This document shows, piece by piece, positions 21,519 through 31,156 of a DNA stretch of 64,000 bases. The notes under the pieces were generated by a model that made no database searches, was not told the DNA's origin, and was given only the letters and a program-made list of their open reading frames with translations. A program made the translations under genes and the position numbers. Each line of letters starts with the position of its first letter. Within the stretch, counting starts at the first letter, position 1. This DNA comes from Desulfosudaceae bacterium (GTDB lineage: Bacteria > Desulfobacterota > Desulfobacteria > Desulfobacterales > Desulfosudaceae): NCBI GenBank assembly GCA_963674745.2, contig CAXXDV010000003.1, positions 2,208,001-2,272,000 of the forward strand, given 5' to 3'.

Positions 21519-22628
21519 ATGAACAAACCGCTCGTCAAAGTAGCCGAACCCATTGTCGGCGAAGCGGAAGTCGAGGCCGTGCGGCAGGTACTGCTCTCAG
21601 GCAACTATGTCTCTGGAGCTACAGTTGCTGCATTTGAAGCCGCTTTTGCCAAATATATCGGTACCGAATATGCCGTGGCCGTCAGCAACGGAACGTCGGC
21701 CCTGCATATTGCCCTGGAGGCCATGGGCATCGGTAAAGGTGACGAAGTCATCGTGCCGCCGTTGACCTTTTTCGCCACGGTATCTTCAGTATTATACCTT
21801 GACGCCATACCCGTCTTTGCCGATCTTGACCTGGACGATCTCTGCCTGTCCCCGGACGGCGTCAGAGATAAAATAACATCCCGAACCAGGGCTATCCTAC
21901 CGGTGCATCTGTTCGGCGCAGCAGCCAAAATGGACCAATTGCTGGGACTTGCCGATCAGCACGGCATATCCATCCTGGAAGACTGCGCTCAGGCCCACGG
22001 CACGGAATATAAAAACCGGAAAGTGGGCGGCATCGGCCGGGCCGGCGCCTTTTCCTTTTTCGCGACCAAACATATGACCACCGGTGAAGGCGGCATGATC
22101 ACCACCAATGACGAAACAATCGTCGAGACCGCTAAAATCCTTCGCAGTCATGGCATGTCCGGCCGTGACGATCATGTCCGGCTGGGCTACAACAACCGCA
22201 TGACTGAACTGGAGGCGGCTATGGGCCTTGTTCAGCTTCAAAAACTCGATGATTTGAACCGTCGGCGGATCAAAAATTCCGAGTACCTGTTAAGTAAGGC
22301 GAGAGAATTACCCTGGGCCCATATTCCGGTACCTGAAAACAATGTCACACATACTTATTTCTGGTGTCCGATAATGGTGAAAGCGGCTTCCGGTAAGACC
22401 ATCGATGATCTGAAAAACCATTTGAAGCAACACAAGATCGGCTTTCGCCAACGTTATCAGGAACCGCTCTACAAACAAACCGTATTAAAAAAAATAAACC
22501 CTGATTACGCCGATCTTCATCTGCCCAACGTGGAACAGGTCGCCGGCCAGGTCATCGGTCTGCCCAACCATCCGGGACTGGATACAGAAACGCTGGAACA
22601 TATCTTGACGGTGTTGCAAAAATTCTGA
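21519..22628 (+). CDS. DegT/DnrJ/EryC1/StrS PLP-dependent sugar aminotransferase
   Basis: SNGTSALH, PVHLFG, EDCAQAHG, SFFATKHMTTGEGG, GYNNRM. Confidence 0.95.
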   Translation: MNKPLVKVAEPIVGEAEVEAVRQVLLSGNYVSGATVAAFEAAFAKYIGTEYAVAVSNGTSALHIALEAMGIGKGDEVIVPPLTFFATVSSVLYLDAIPVFADLDLDDLCLSPDGVRDKITSRTRAILPVHLFGAAAKMDQLLGLADQHGISILEDCAQAHGTEYKNRKVGGIGRAGAFSFFATKHMTTGEGGMITTNDETIVETAKILRSHGMSGRDDHVRLGYNNRMTELEAAMGLVQLQKLDDLNRRRIKNSEYLLSKARELPWAHIPVPENNVTHTYFWCPIMVKAASGKTIDDLKNHLKQHKIGFRQRYQEPLYKQTVLKKINPDYADLHLPNVEQVAGQVIGLPNHPGLDTETLEHILTVLQKF

Positions 22629-22652
22629 CCCATCAAAATTATTCGCTGACTC

Positions 22653-23300
22653 ATGAAACATACCGATACACGTCATATCATCATTGGATGCGGTGCACAG
22701 TGCAAATACATTCTTGATATTTTTTCCAAAACAGGGGCTATTGTAGAGACAATCCTGGACCCGATCGGCAGAAAAGTCGGCCACGAGATTAATGGACTGC
22801 CGATCCAAAGCTTTAACAGGGAAAGAATACAAAAATGGCTCAAAACTGGTAATTATTCCGTTATCATCGGCATCAGCGACAATTTACTAAAACGAAAGAC
22901 ATATAAACTTTTGGAATTTGATGTTCAATTCGAAAATGCCATTCACCCTGCCGGTGTCATTTCCACCTTTGCGGTTATCGGCCGCAATGTCATTATCAAC
23001 TCCGGCGCGATCATTCAGCCATTCGCCACGATAGGTAACGGTGTCATGGTTCATGCCAACGTCATCGTTGAGCACGACAATCATATCGCCGACTTTGTCA
23101 ACCTGGCGCCAGGAGTAATACTGGCCGGCGGCGTCAAGGTTGGAGAAGGAACAACTATTTATTCCGGTGCGGTTGTGGCACCCAACGTCTCCATTGGCGC
23201 CAACACAATCGTTGGCGCAGGATCTTTAGTACTCAACGACCTTGCCGACAATATTGTCGCTTATGGGGCTCCGGCTAAATACGTTAGGAAAAGAGATTAA
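22653..23300 (+). CDS. Hexapeptide-repeat sugar acetyltransferase (PglD/NeuD-like)
   Basis: IIGCGAQ, AIHP, VEHDN, hexapeptide repeats, YGAPAK. Confidence 0.92.
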   Translation: MKHTDTRHIIIGCGAQCKYILDIFSKTGAIVETILDPIGRKVGHEINGLPIQSFNRERIQKWLKTGNYSVIIGISDNLLKRKTYKLLEFDVQFENAIHPAGVISTFAVIGRNVIINSGAIIQPFATIGNGVMVHANVIVEHDNHIADFVNLAPGVILAGGVKVGEGTTIYSGAVVAPNVSIGANTIVGAGSLVLNDLADNIVAYGAPAKYVRKRD

Positions 23301-24022
23301 TGAAAGTCATTGTTACCCTGACGGCCCTCAATGAGGCCCAGAATATCGGCCCATTAATCACGACAATTATGGAAAAAGGTTATGGGTGCATCCTGGTGGA
23401 CGACGGATCTACTGACGGAACTCCGCAAATCGCGACCTCACTTGGGGCTTCAGTGATTAGCCATAGCACCAACCTTGGCCAAGGATACGCCGTTCTGACA
23501 AGTTTTAAAGCCGCACTGAAGGAGGATTGCGATATTATAATTGAAATGGATGCCGATGGACAGCATAACCCCGATCAAATCCCCCTGTTTATTGAAAAGA
23601 TGCGAGAAACTGGATCGGATATTGTTGTGGGTTCCAGGATACTCGGTTCAAACTACGAAAATGCGCCGTTTTTTCGAAAAACGTTTCTTCCTCACTTTAC
23701 CTGGATCATCAACAGCCTTACCGGATATCATATGACAGATTCCATGTGCGGTTTCAGGGCCTTTAAAAAGGAATCATTATTGCGGGTAGGCCACCTGCTG
23801 GATGACATGCTGGAACCGCAGTACCTGGCAGCCGAAATGTTTCTGCGATTCGCTAAAGCCGGATTGACCATAACAGATGTTCCCATCCATCTTAAAGAAC
23901 GCACCAGCGGTAAATCTTATAAAGGGCTGGCGCGCTATGGGTTCGGCGTTATGAAAGCCATCACCCGCGTGCTGGTTGATAAATCTTACCGAAAATCCTA
24001 TCGAAATTTGAGGCAACCATGA
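23300..24022 (+). CDS. Glycosyltransferase family 2 (DPM1-like polyprenol-phosphate sugar synthase)
   Basis: ALNEA, VDDGSTDGT, NLGQG, MDADGQH, VVGSR, DSMCGFRAF. Confidence 0.9.
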   Translation: MKVIVTLTALNEAQNIGPLITTIMEKGYGCILVDDGSTDGTPQIATSLGASVISHSTNLGQGYAVLTSFKAALKEDCDIIIEMDADGQHNPDQIPLFIEKMRETGSDIVVGSRILGSNYENAPFFRKTFLPHFTWIINSLTGYHMTDSMCGFRAFKKESLLRVGHLLDDMLEPQYLAAEMFLRFAKAGLTITDVPIHLKERTSGKSYKGLARYGFGVMKAITRVLVDKSYRKSYRNLRQP

Positions 24023-24384
24023 AAATAACACCACTCTCGATCTTTTTTACCTTTTTTGCCGTATTCATGATCTTTGTTATTCTCTCTGGGATCAAAAAAG
24101 AAACCATTGGTCTCCGCTCTGCTCTAATGTGGGTTTGCCTGATGCTCGGCATTGGGTTCTTTAGCCTTTTCCCCGAATGTCTGGACGGCGTCATACGTTT
24201 CTTCCGAATGAAAGAACGCATGATATTCATCCTCCTGACAGCTGTCTTTGTTCTGCTGGCGTTAATCTTTAATTTGAATGCCAAGCATGAACGGTTGCAA
24301 CGGGACTTGGCAAAAACCATCCAGGAACTGGCGTTGATAAAATACCGCCTGGATAAAGAAAAGAAAGGACAGGAGGCTTCGTGA
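24019..24384 (+). CDS. DUF2304-like small membrane protein
   Basis: Three hydrophobic segments, SLFP, C-terminal coiled segment IQELAL; ATGA overlap with the GT2. Confidence 0.8.
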   Translation: MKITPLSIFFTFFAVFMIFVILSGIKKETIGLRSALMWVCLMLGIGFFSLFPECLDGVIRFFRMKERMIFILLTAVFVLLALIFNLNAKHERLQRDLAKTIQELALIKYRLDKEKKGQEAS

Positions 24385-25829
24385 AAATTTTATTGGTTGT
24401 TAATGGTGTATTTTTCAATGAGAACATGGGTGTTTTATCTCTGTCTGCTGTTCTTAAAAAAGCCGGCCATCAGACAAAGCTCATGATTCTTAATGCCCAT
24501 AATATATTAAATATGCTAAGCGATTATTGTCCTGATGTGATTGCCTACAGCGCAATGACCCCGAATATTTCCAATTTTGAAGAAGCCGATCTCATTGTTC
24601 AGAAATGGATAAAATCTCAAAAAAAACAAGTTATCAGAATAATGGGGGGGCCTCACCCGACATATTTTCCTGAGATACTGAACACCATGGGATTAGATGC
24701 CATTTGTGTAGGTGAAGGCGAATTTGCTTTACTCAAACTGGTTACAGCTTTTGAAAAAAGCAGCCCTTTCCAGGGGATCAATAATATCGTGCCACGTGGC
24801 GCTTCAATTAAAGACATCACGCTTGAAATAATTAATGATTTGGATGAATTGCCATGGATTGACAGAGACCTGTTTTATGATGCGGTGCCTTCTTTCAGGT
24901 ACTTTAAAATCAGGGGATTTATGACGACGCGCGGATGCCCATATAATTGTGCGTATTGTTTTAATAACGTTTTTAATAAAATGTTTGCAAAATGCGGTAA
25001 GATTGTGGGACGGCGTAGATCTGTCGATGACGTAATTAAAGAAATTTTACATGTCATAAAAAACTATGGGCCCGTGAAAATGATACGTTTTTCAGATGAT
25101 ACCTTTGTCTATCGAGTAGATGATTGGTTGCGCAGCCTGTTGAAGAGGTACAAAAAGGAGGTTGGCTTGCCTTTTTTATGCCATTTGCGCTCTAACCTGG
25201 TAACGGATGAAATGGTCAGGCTCTTAAGAGAAGCCGGATGTTGCAGTGTTGGAATGGCCATTGAGACCGCCGATGAAAAATACCGCATTGATGTTTTAAA
25301 TCGAAAAATTACCGATGAGGACATTTTCAGATCATATAACATACTAAAAAAATACGGGATCCGTTTTCAAGCCAACTGCATGCTGGCACTCCCCGGCACC
25401 ACACTTGATGATGATATGAAAACTTTTGAGTTCAGTAAAAAAATCCGGCCCGACATTGCCACATTTGGTATATTTACACCCTTTCCCAGCTTACAACTTA
25501 CGGAGCACGCGCTAAGCATCGGGGTGCTTGACAAAGACTATAAATTCAGTGGGTTCAGAAAAAAAAGTGTTTTAAATGCCTATCAGGAGGAAGAGAAAAA
25601 AATTCAGCAGAATATGGTTCGACTGGGCTCTATTTTTTGCCATTTACCAGATTATTGTATGCCGCTTTTTAAAAAACTAATTCGTTTACCCAATAATCCA
25701 TTTTATTTTGTTGTTGGGATGAGTTACATGTTTTATTGCTACTACCGGCATCTTTATTGGCCCGCCGTCCCGAAGAGCCCCTTTCAAATCATTTCATTCT
25801 GGCGTGCTTCACTGAAATATACGGATTAA
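24381..25829 (+). CDS. B12-binding domain radical SAM protein
   Basis: MGVLSLSAVLK, IMGGPHPT, TRGCPYNCAYC, FSDDTF; AT-rich coding sequence. Confidence 0.9.
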   Translation: MKILLVVNGVFFNENMGVLSLSAVLKKAGHQTKLMILNAHNILNMLSDYCPDVIAYSAMTPNISNFEEADLIVQKWIKSQKKQVIRIMGGPHPTYFPEILNTMGLDAICVGEGEFALLKLVTAFEKSSPFQGINNIVPRGASIKDITLEIINDLDELPWIDRDLFYDAVPSFRYFKIRGFMTTRGCPYNCAYCFNNVFNKMFAKCGKIVGRRRSVDDVIKEILHVIKNYGPVKMIRFSDDTFVYRVDDWLRSLLKRYKKEVGLPFLCHLRSNLVTDEMVRLLREAGCCSVGMAIETADEKYRIDVLNRKITDEDIFRSYNILKKYGIRFQANCMLALPGTTLDDDMKTFEFSKKIRPDIATFGIFTPFPSLQLTEHALSIGVLDKDYKFSGFRKKSVLNAYQEEEKKIQQNMVRLGSIFCHLPDYCMPLFKKLIRLPNNPFYFVVGMSYMFYCYYRHLYWPAVPKSPFQIISFWRASLKYTD

Positions 25830-25885
25830 ATTATGTCATAGGCACGCGAAGAACAATTTCTACTCTATCAGGACAAAAAGCTATA

Positions 25886-26794
25886 ATGAAATATAAAGTC
25901 GATTTTTTTATAGCTGGATTCAGTTCCAGCGGTTCCACGGCAATAGCCCATTATCTCTCGCTGCATCCGGAAATCTGTTTTTCTATTCCGAAGGAAACAC
26001 ATTTTTTTCTACCACGCACTTCGAATCGGATAAAAAATATTTTAACCTGGCGTCAATATGAAAATTGTTTTTCGCATACCAAAGACAATCAAATCTTAGG
26101 TGAAGCCTCTATTTACTATGTCCATTTTCCCGAATCATTCAATAAAATATTACAACACAACAAAAATGCAAAATTTATCATATTATTAAGGCATCCTATT
26201 GAAAATCTCATTTCCTCCTATGAACAGCTTGTATTTACAGGGAATGAAAATGCGTCATCTTTTGAAGAAGCATGGCAATTACAGGAAAAGCGCTTCCAGA
26301 GCAACAAATTCCCACCGTTCTGCAGGGATCCGATTCAATTAAATTATAGAAAACGAGTCCATCTGGGGCAAGCTGTGGAAGACATGCTTCAAATTGTTCC
26401 TCGGGATCAGGTTTTATTTATTAATTTTGATGAAATCCGGAATAACATAGAAACGGTCTACAATAAGATTCAAAATTTTCTTGGGGTTTCCTTGTTTCGC
26501 TTGAAGGAATACCCTGTTATTAACTCGAGGGCAAAACAAAGGAATGTCATTTCAAAATACACCTATTTGGTATTAAGGCGTAACCGATATTTTATGAGTG
26601 GTGTTTATAAAATTCTAAGGACCTTAAAAAAATTTGATCTGGACATTCCGGAAGTCAATCGAATGTTTAAATCCCGTAATTATGCAAAAGTCACAATTGA
26701 TGAAAAATTAAAGGATTGCATTTTTGATGAATTAAAAAGTGACATAAAACTTTTAGAAAAGTTAAGCGGCATCAGTTTTTCTCAGAGGGATTGA
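25886..26794 (+). CDS. Sulfotransferase-domain protein
   Basis: DFFIAGFSSSGST, HPEI, PKETHFF, GEASIYY, IILLRHP...SSY; start at ATG 25886 (ORF track 25736). Confidence 0.8.
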   Translation: MKYKVDFFIAGFSSSGSTAIAHYLSLHPEICFSIPKETHFFLPRTSNRIKNILTWRQYENCFSHTKDNQILGEASIYYVHFPESFNKILQHNKNAKFIILLRHPIENLISSYEQLVFTGNENASSFEEAWQLQEKRFQSNKFPPFCRDPIQLNYRKRVHLGQAVEDMLQIVPRDQVLFINFDEIRNNIETVYNKIQNFLGVSLFRLKEYPVINSRAKQRNVISKYTYLVLRRNRYFMSGVYKILRTLKKFDLDIPEVNRMFKSRNYAKVTIDEKLKDCIFDELKSDIKLLEKLSGISFSQRD

Positions 26795-26883
26795 TTACGG
26801 TAAAATTTGAAAATCCAGAGATCACCGGCAGTCTTACTGAAACAAACTGAATATCTGAAAAACCACTTCCGATAAAACAATCC

Positions 26884-27819
26884 ATGGCCAAACACGTAAA
26901 CCGCATATTGTTTTCAATCCTGCTCCTCGTATATGTCGGTCTGAAGGTTGACCGACAGACCATGGTTGAGGCTTTTGGGGGAATCAGTATTGGCTGGTAT
27001 CTTTTATCCACGGCCATCACCCTTTCCAGTAGTGTTTTCATGGCCATCAAATATCATCTTCTGATACGCGATACGACGTTGTCTCTTAGCCTGTCCCGTC
27101 TGCTGGTGATTCAGTATATCAGCCGCTTTTATGCCCTGATCCTGCCGACGGCTCTTGGAACGGAAGCGGTTCGCTGGTATAAAATCACCCGGGACAAACA
27201 GGGGAAAAGTTTCTTTCTGGCTGTTACAGCCTATGAACGCATGCTATTTCTTTTAACGTTAGTCTGTTGCGGCATGATCCCGCTGCTGCTAAGCCGGAAC
27301 CACCCGGAAATCAATGATCTGCGTAACCGGCTCTGGCCGATGGCATCTATCTGTGTGGCTGCCTTATTGGCCGGGATACTCTATTTGCTTAACGAAAAAA
27401 CACATACCACGGTTTTTTCTTTTCTAAAAAACCATTTACGGTTAAATAAATACGTCAGACTGAATTTATTACTCAATAATATTGCGCTTAAAGACAGATC
27501 CCCGGCATTACTCGCCCAACTTGTTTTTTATACGCTCTGCTGGCAACTGTTCTTCATCACCCGGATTTATTTTTTGTTCCGATCAATGGCGCTTCCCCTC
27601 GACATCGTTGAAGCTGCCTGGATGGGGTCCCTGGTTATGCTGCTGCAGGTATTACCGGTTTCCTTTGCCGGGCTGGGCATCCGCGAAGGTGCTTACGCCT
27701 ACTTATTTACTCTTTGCGGATTGCCGGCTGAAAAAGGTGTCGTCCTGGGCTTGCTATTTTTCTCTCAGATGCTCATCCTGTCCGGTATCGGTGCCATATT
27801 GAACGTGTTTGAGAAATAG
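26884..27819 (+). CDS. Lysylphosphatidylglycerol-synthase TM domain / flippase-like membrane protein
   Basis: ILPTALGTEAVR, ER, LPVSFAGLGIREG. Confidence 0.85.
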   Translation: MAKHVNRILFSILLLVYVGLKVDRQTMVEAFGGISIGWYLLSTAITLSSSVFMAIKYHLLIRDTTLSLSLSRLLVIQYISRFYALILPTALGTEAVRWYKITRDKQGKSFFLAVTAYERMLFLLTLVCCGMIPLLLSRNHPEINDLRNRLWPMASICVAALLAGILYLLNEKTHTTVFSFLKNHLRLNKYVRLNLLLNNIALKDRSPALLAQLVFYTLCWQLFFITRIYFLFRSMALPLDIVEAAWMGSLVMLLQVLPVSFAGLGIREGAYAYLFTLCGLPAEKGVVLGLLFFSQMLILSGIGAILNVFEK

Positions 27820-27900
27820 TAGCCGGCTGCCTGCTTTAAAACTGAGAAACCTGGCTTGCGAAAAAGAATAAGCCACCACCGCCATCCCAAACACATGAAC

Positions 27901-28902
27901 TTACAGGAACGCTTCTTTGCGGGGGAGTTTTATGAAGGGGACAAATATCCCCCCTAACAAAAGGCCCCAATATGAAAACAAAAAACGGTCCAAAAAAACG
28001 GCGGGGAAAGCTATTTCCGGTGAGATACCAATAGCTTGAAGAACAATGATACCACTCAGCTCGGCTACGCCCAGACCACCCAGGCTGACCGGCAAAACAG
28101 TTACCGAATAAATCAGGCTGGGGACTATTAAAATAAGCCAAAAATTGAAAGAAACGCCGAAAGCAAAAAGCACAAGCCACAACCTGAAGCCTTCCAGCAG
28201 AACATCAGATATGATCAATAAGACTAGTAAAAGATATGTTTTTTTGTTTTTGAGAAACAAACGGAAGCTTTCCCTGATTTTATCCGGGAAAGACTTCATT
28301 TCAGGAGAAATCCTTTTTTGAATAAAGCCTTTGAACAATTTATCAAAAATCAAGGCGAATGGTTTCAGGGAAAAGACCGGTATGCGGTCATGAAAAACAA
28401 GCAGCACGAAAATGACTGTATATGCGATATAAACCAAAAGCGCCAAACCAATAACGCCTATATATTCTTTGGGAAGCAATCTATAAAAAAGCATCAAAGC
28501 GCCTACCGACAACACGATACGCCTGACATTTTGCATAATTGTCGATAGAATAACAAGAGCCAAACCTTTGGACAGGGGGATTGCTCCCCGGCTGAAACTG
28601 TAAAAGCCCCAGGGCTCTGCAAGCAGTCCACCCACATTTGCCGGTATAATGTTATTGATATAATTGGCCGTAAAATTTGATTTGAGAATTATCGCAAAAG
28701 ATACTTCTGAAATTATATTCAACAGGTGTTTCCTTAACCACAAAAGCCAGAATAATCCGCCGAAAGAAACTGCCGCCGCAGCCATCAGGAGAACAAACTC
28801 GCATCCTTTAATATTTTCTAAAATCTTATGAAAATCGATGGTGAACAGTGCAATAAATAAAAGGATACCCCCGAGGGTACCCCTGATGATGATATTTTTC
28901 AT
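27901..28902 (-). CDS. Lysylphosphatidylglycerol-synthase TM domain / flippase-like membrane protein
   Basis: NNIIPANVGG, LPVSLGGLGVAE, LDR. Confidence 0.85.
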   Translation of the reverse strand: MKNIIIRGTLGGILLFIALFTIDFHKILENIKGCEFVLLMAAAAVSFGGLFWLLWLRKHLLNIISEVSFAIILKSNFTANYINNIIPANVGGLLAEPWGFYSFSRGAIPLSKGLALVILSTIMQNVRRIVLSVGALMLFYRLLPKEYIGVIGLALLVYIAYTVIFVLLVFHDRIPVFSLKPFALIFDKLFKGFIQKRISPEMKSFPDKIRESFRLFLKNKKTYLLLVLLIISDVLLEGFRLWLVLFAFGVSFNFWLILIVPSLIYSVTVLPVSLGGLGVAELSGIIVLQAIGISPEIAFPAVFLDRFLFSYWGLLLGGIFVPFIKLPRKEAFL

Positions 28903-29046
28903 CCTGCATTCTCGTTTCGTGCTTATGCCATAGCAGGGGAGGCTGACGCTATGGCCATAGCTTCATTTTTTAACGATTTTATCTTTGGGCATGAATATTG
29001 TTCGGTTCACTCACCGTGTGTGTTCTTACGCGTCTTGAGCTTTTTT

Positions 29047-29532
29047 TCAACCGCCCACAGAACTGACGATCATCTGACGGATTGCATGTATCAACTCATC
29101 CCTGGTTTGCGCCCTTGGTGATGGAACCGGAATCGTTTCTATCTGACGAACAAGATCATCCAGTTCATTAATGTCGTAGACGACTTTTATACCCAGCCGC
29201 TCGCCCCACCCTTTTATATGCTCGAGCTGATGGTCGTTAAGATGCTCTCTGAACTTTTTCATCCTGGGGACGAGTATGCACCGCTTTTGACTTAATATCA
29301 AATCCATTGTTGTGCCGGCGCCGGCATGACTGACCACCAGGTCCGCCTGCTGCATATACGTCAAATATTCTTTCCGGGTTAATATGGGCACATGTTGCGC
29401 GTTCCTCGGCTTATAACCGTTATAACCGGTTTGCATAAAAACCGGGGCCCGATAAGTGGCTGCGATCTCGTCCATTTTTTTGATCAGGCGATCAAAAGGG
29501 ATGGATGAAACACCGGTCGTCACAAAAATCAT
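29047..29532 (-). CDS. Alg13/PssE-like glycosyltransferase (GT28 C-terminal)
   Basis: MIFVTTG, FDRL, VVSHAGAGT, VPR...EHLNDHQLE; ATGA overlap with the upstream gene. Confidence 0.9.
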   Translation of the reverse strand: MIFVTTGVSSIPFDRLIKKMDEIAATYRAPVFMQTGYNGYKPRNAQHVPILTRKEYLTYMQQADLVVSHAGAGTTMDLILSQKRCILVPRMKKFREHLNDHQLEHIKGWGERLGIKVVYDINELDDLVRQIETIPVPSPRAQTRDELIHAIRQMIVSSVGG

Positions 29533-30014
29533 ATCACGGCTCCATGATATTCCGCTTTTTTCCCGTAGCAACGCAACAACGCCTTGCTCTGCACAAAAAA
29601 TCGATCAGAAAGATAGTAAAGAACCTTACCGGTTGAAGAGGGGGTGAAAAAGCGGCCGACATTCTCAATATACAATAATTTAACACGAAGCAGTCGTCCC
29701 ACAAGAAAAAAGGGGATGGCCAGATCCCCCCCCCCGGTAGACACCATCAAGGTCGGCTGCTGTTCCTGAACAGTATTGTATGCGATAACAAGACATCGAA
29801 AAAACCAAGTTGTTTTTTTCAGAATCGAATAGTCACTGTTATATCTGGGCAAAAAGTGTACATCAGGAATAATTCGTGTATTGTCAGATTCGTAGGTCAC
29901 AAAAAAATGAGAAAAATCCTGATATGCTTCTCTTAAAAGATTCATCTCCGTCAAATGCCCTCCCGGGGAACAGATTAACCCTACTTTTGGTGTTCTTGCT
30001 AAACGCTTTGCCAT
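29529..30014 (-). CDS. Alg14/PssD-like glycosyltransferase subunit
   Basis: SPGGHLTEM, VSTGGG, YIE, PSSTGK, FFVQ; contains a G10 tract. Confidence 0.9.
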   Translation of the reverse strand: MAKRLARTPKVGLICSPGGHLTEMNLLREAYQDFSHFFVTYESDNTRIIPDVHFLPRYNSDYSILKKTTWFFRCLVIAYNTVQEQQPTLMVSTGGGDLAIPFFLVGRLLRVKLLYIENVGRFFTPSSTGKVLYYLSDRFFVQSKALLRCYGKKAEYHGAVI

Positions 30015-30176
30015 ACTGATTTAAACCCTTAACTCCGTAAATCCATTAAATGTTCGCGAACAGTCCATATTCAAAACATTGAATCAAATTCAAGGTCCGT
30101 CCCATCGCCTGACAGTCGATTAACAGGATTTCATTCCGGGAGTCGCCACAGACACGGCAAAAAGAGGCTCCCATTT

Positions 30177-31154
30177 TCATATCTGCCAGTCAAAAAAAGA
30201 AAGGGTTTCAATCATCGGTTTTCGAATTGCTTGTGCTCTCTTATTTCTGTAAATCCAGTAGGGTATTAAGATAACAAATAATGGGCATGTCATGGCCGCC
30301 ACAAGCATGGCCTTCCGCTTCATTTTCTCAGGCATGGATAAAAAATTAATTTTTTTGAAAATTCCGTAAAAGAGGCGTGGCAGGGCCAGCAGGAAACAGG
30401 TAGATGACAGATTGCCGGCATAAACCGAAATCCGGTTGACGCTTACCCGGACAAATTTTTTTACTTGCTCCCAACCTGTCGTCTGGATCGAACGCTGATT
30501 ATGATAAAGAATTGCCCCGGGTTCAAAAAACAGCCGCCACCCCTTGGCCAGCAATCGCAAGGAAAGATCCAGGTCCTCGCAATAAGCGGTTCCCCCCCAA
30601 AGATCTTCAGTAAACGGATCTTCTTTACTAAGAGCCTCCCGACGCACAAAACAACCGCCACCGCTCAAAAACGTGGTTTCACAAGGATATGGTCTTACCT
30701 CCCGGTAGTATGCAAAACCCGATTTGTTCAACAGGTAAGCATACCCGGAGGATGTTCTTTTCCCTTCAAGAAAGTCACCGACATCCATCACCCTTGGCAT
30801 TATTGTATTGGTATTCAATCCACCCACATGGGAATTTTTGTCAAAAACTGCCAGCCCCACGGCAATAAACCCTTGATCCAGAATCGTATCGGCATTAATA
30901 AAAACAAAGATGTCGCCGGTTGCCCGGCGAACGGCAATATTGTTGCTTCTGGAAAAGCCGACATTCTCTCCCGCAATGACCGTAATCCAGGGATAATGCA
31001 TTTTTACCCAGGCACAGGTGCCGTCATGGGAGCCGTCATCCCGCATAATGACTTCCATTTCATAGTCGCCCAACGTCTGTTGTGCCAGGCTTGGCAGCAG
31101 CAGAGCGAGATCGTTCAGATTGTTATACACCGAAATAATCACGCTGGCCTTCAT
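30177..31154 (-). CDS. Glycosyltransferase family 2
   Basis: SVIISVYN, DDGSHDGT, NVGFSRSNN, INADT, YCEDLDLSLR. Confidence 0.9.
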   Translation of the reverse strand: MKASVIISVYNNLNDLALLLPSLAQQTLGDYEMEVIMRDDGSHDGTCAWVKMHYPWITVIAGENVGFSRSNNIAVRRATGDIFVFINADTILDQGFIAVGLAVFDKNSHVGGLNTNTIMPRVMDVGDFLEGKRTSSGYAYLLNKSGFAYYREVRPYPCETTFLSGGGCFVRREALSKEDPFTEDLWGGTAYCEDLDLSLRLLAKGWRLFFEPGAILYHNQRSIQTTGWEQVKKFVRVSVNRISVYAGNLSSTCFLLALPRLFYGIFKKINFLSMPEKMKRKAMLVAAMTCPLFVILIPYWIYRNKRAQAIRKPMIETLSFFDWQI

Positions 31155-31156
31155 GT

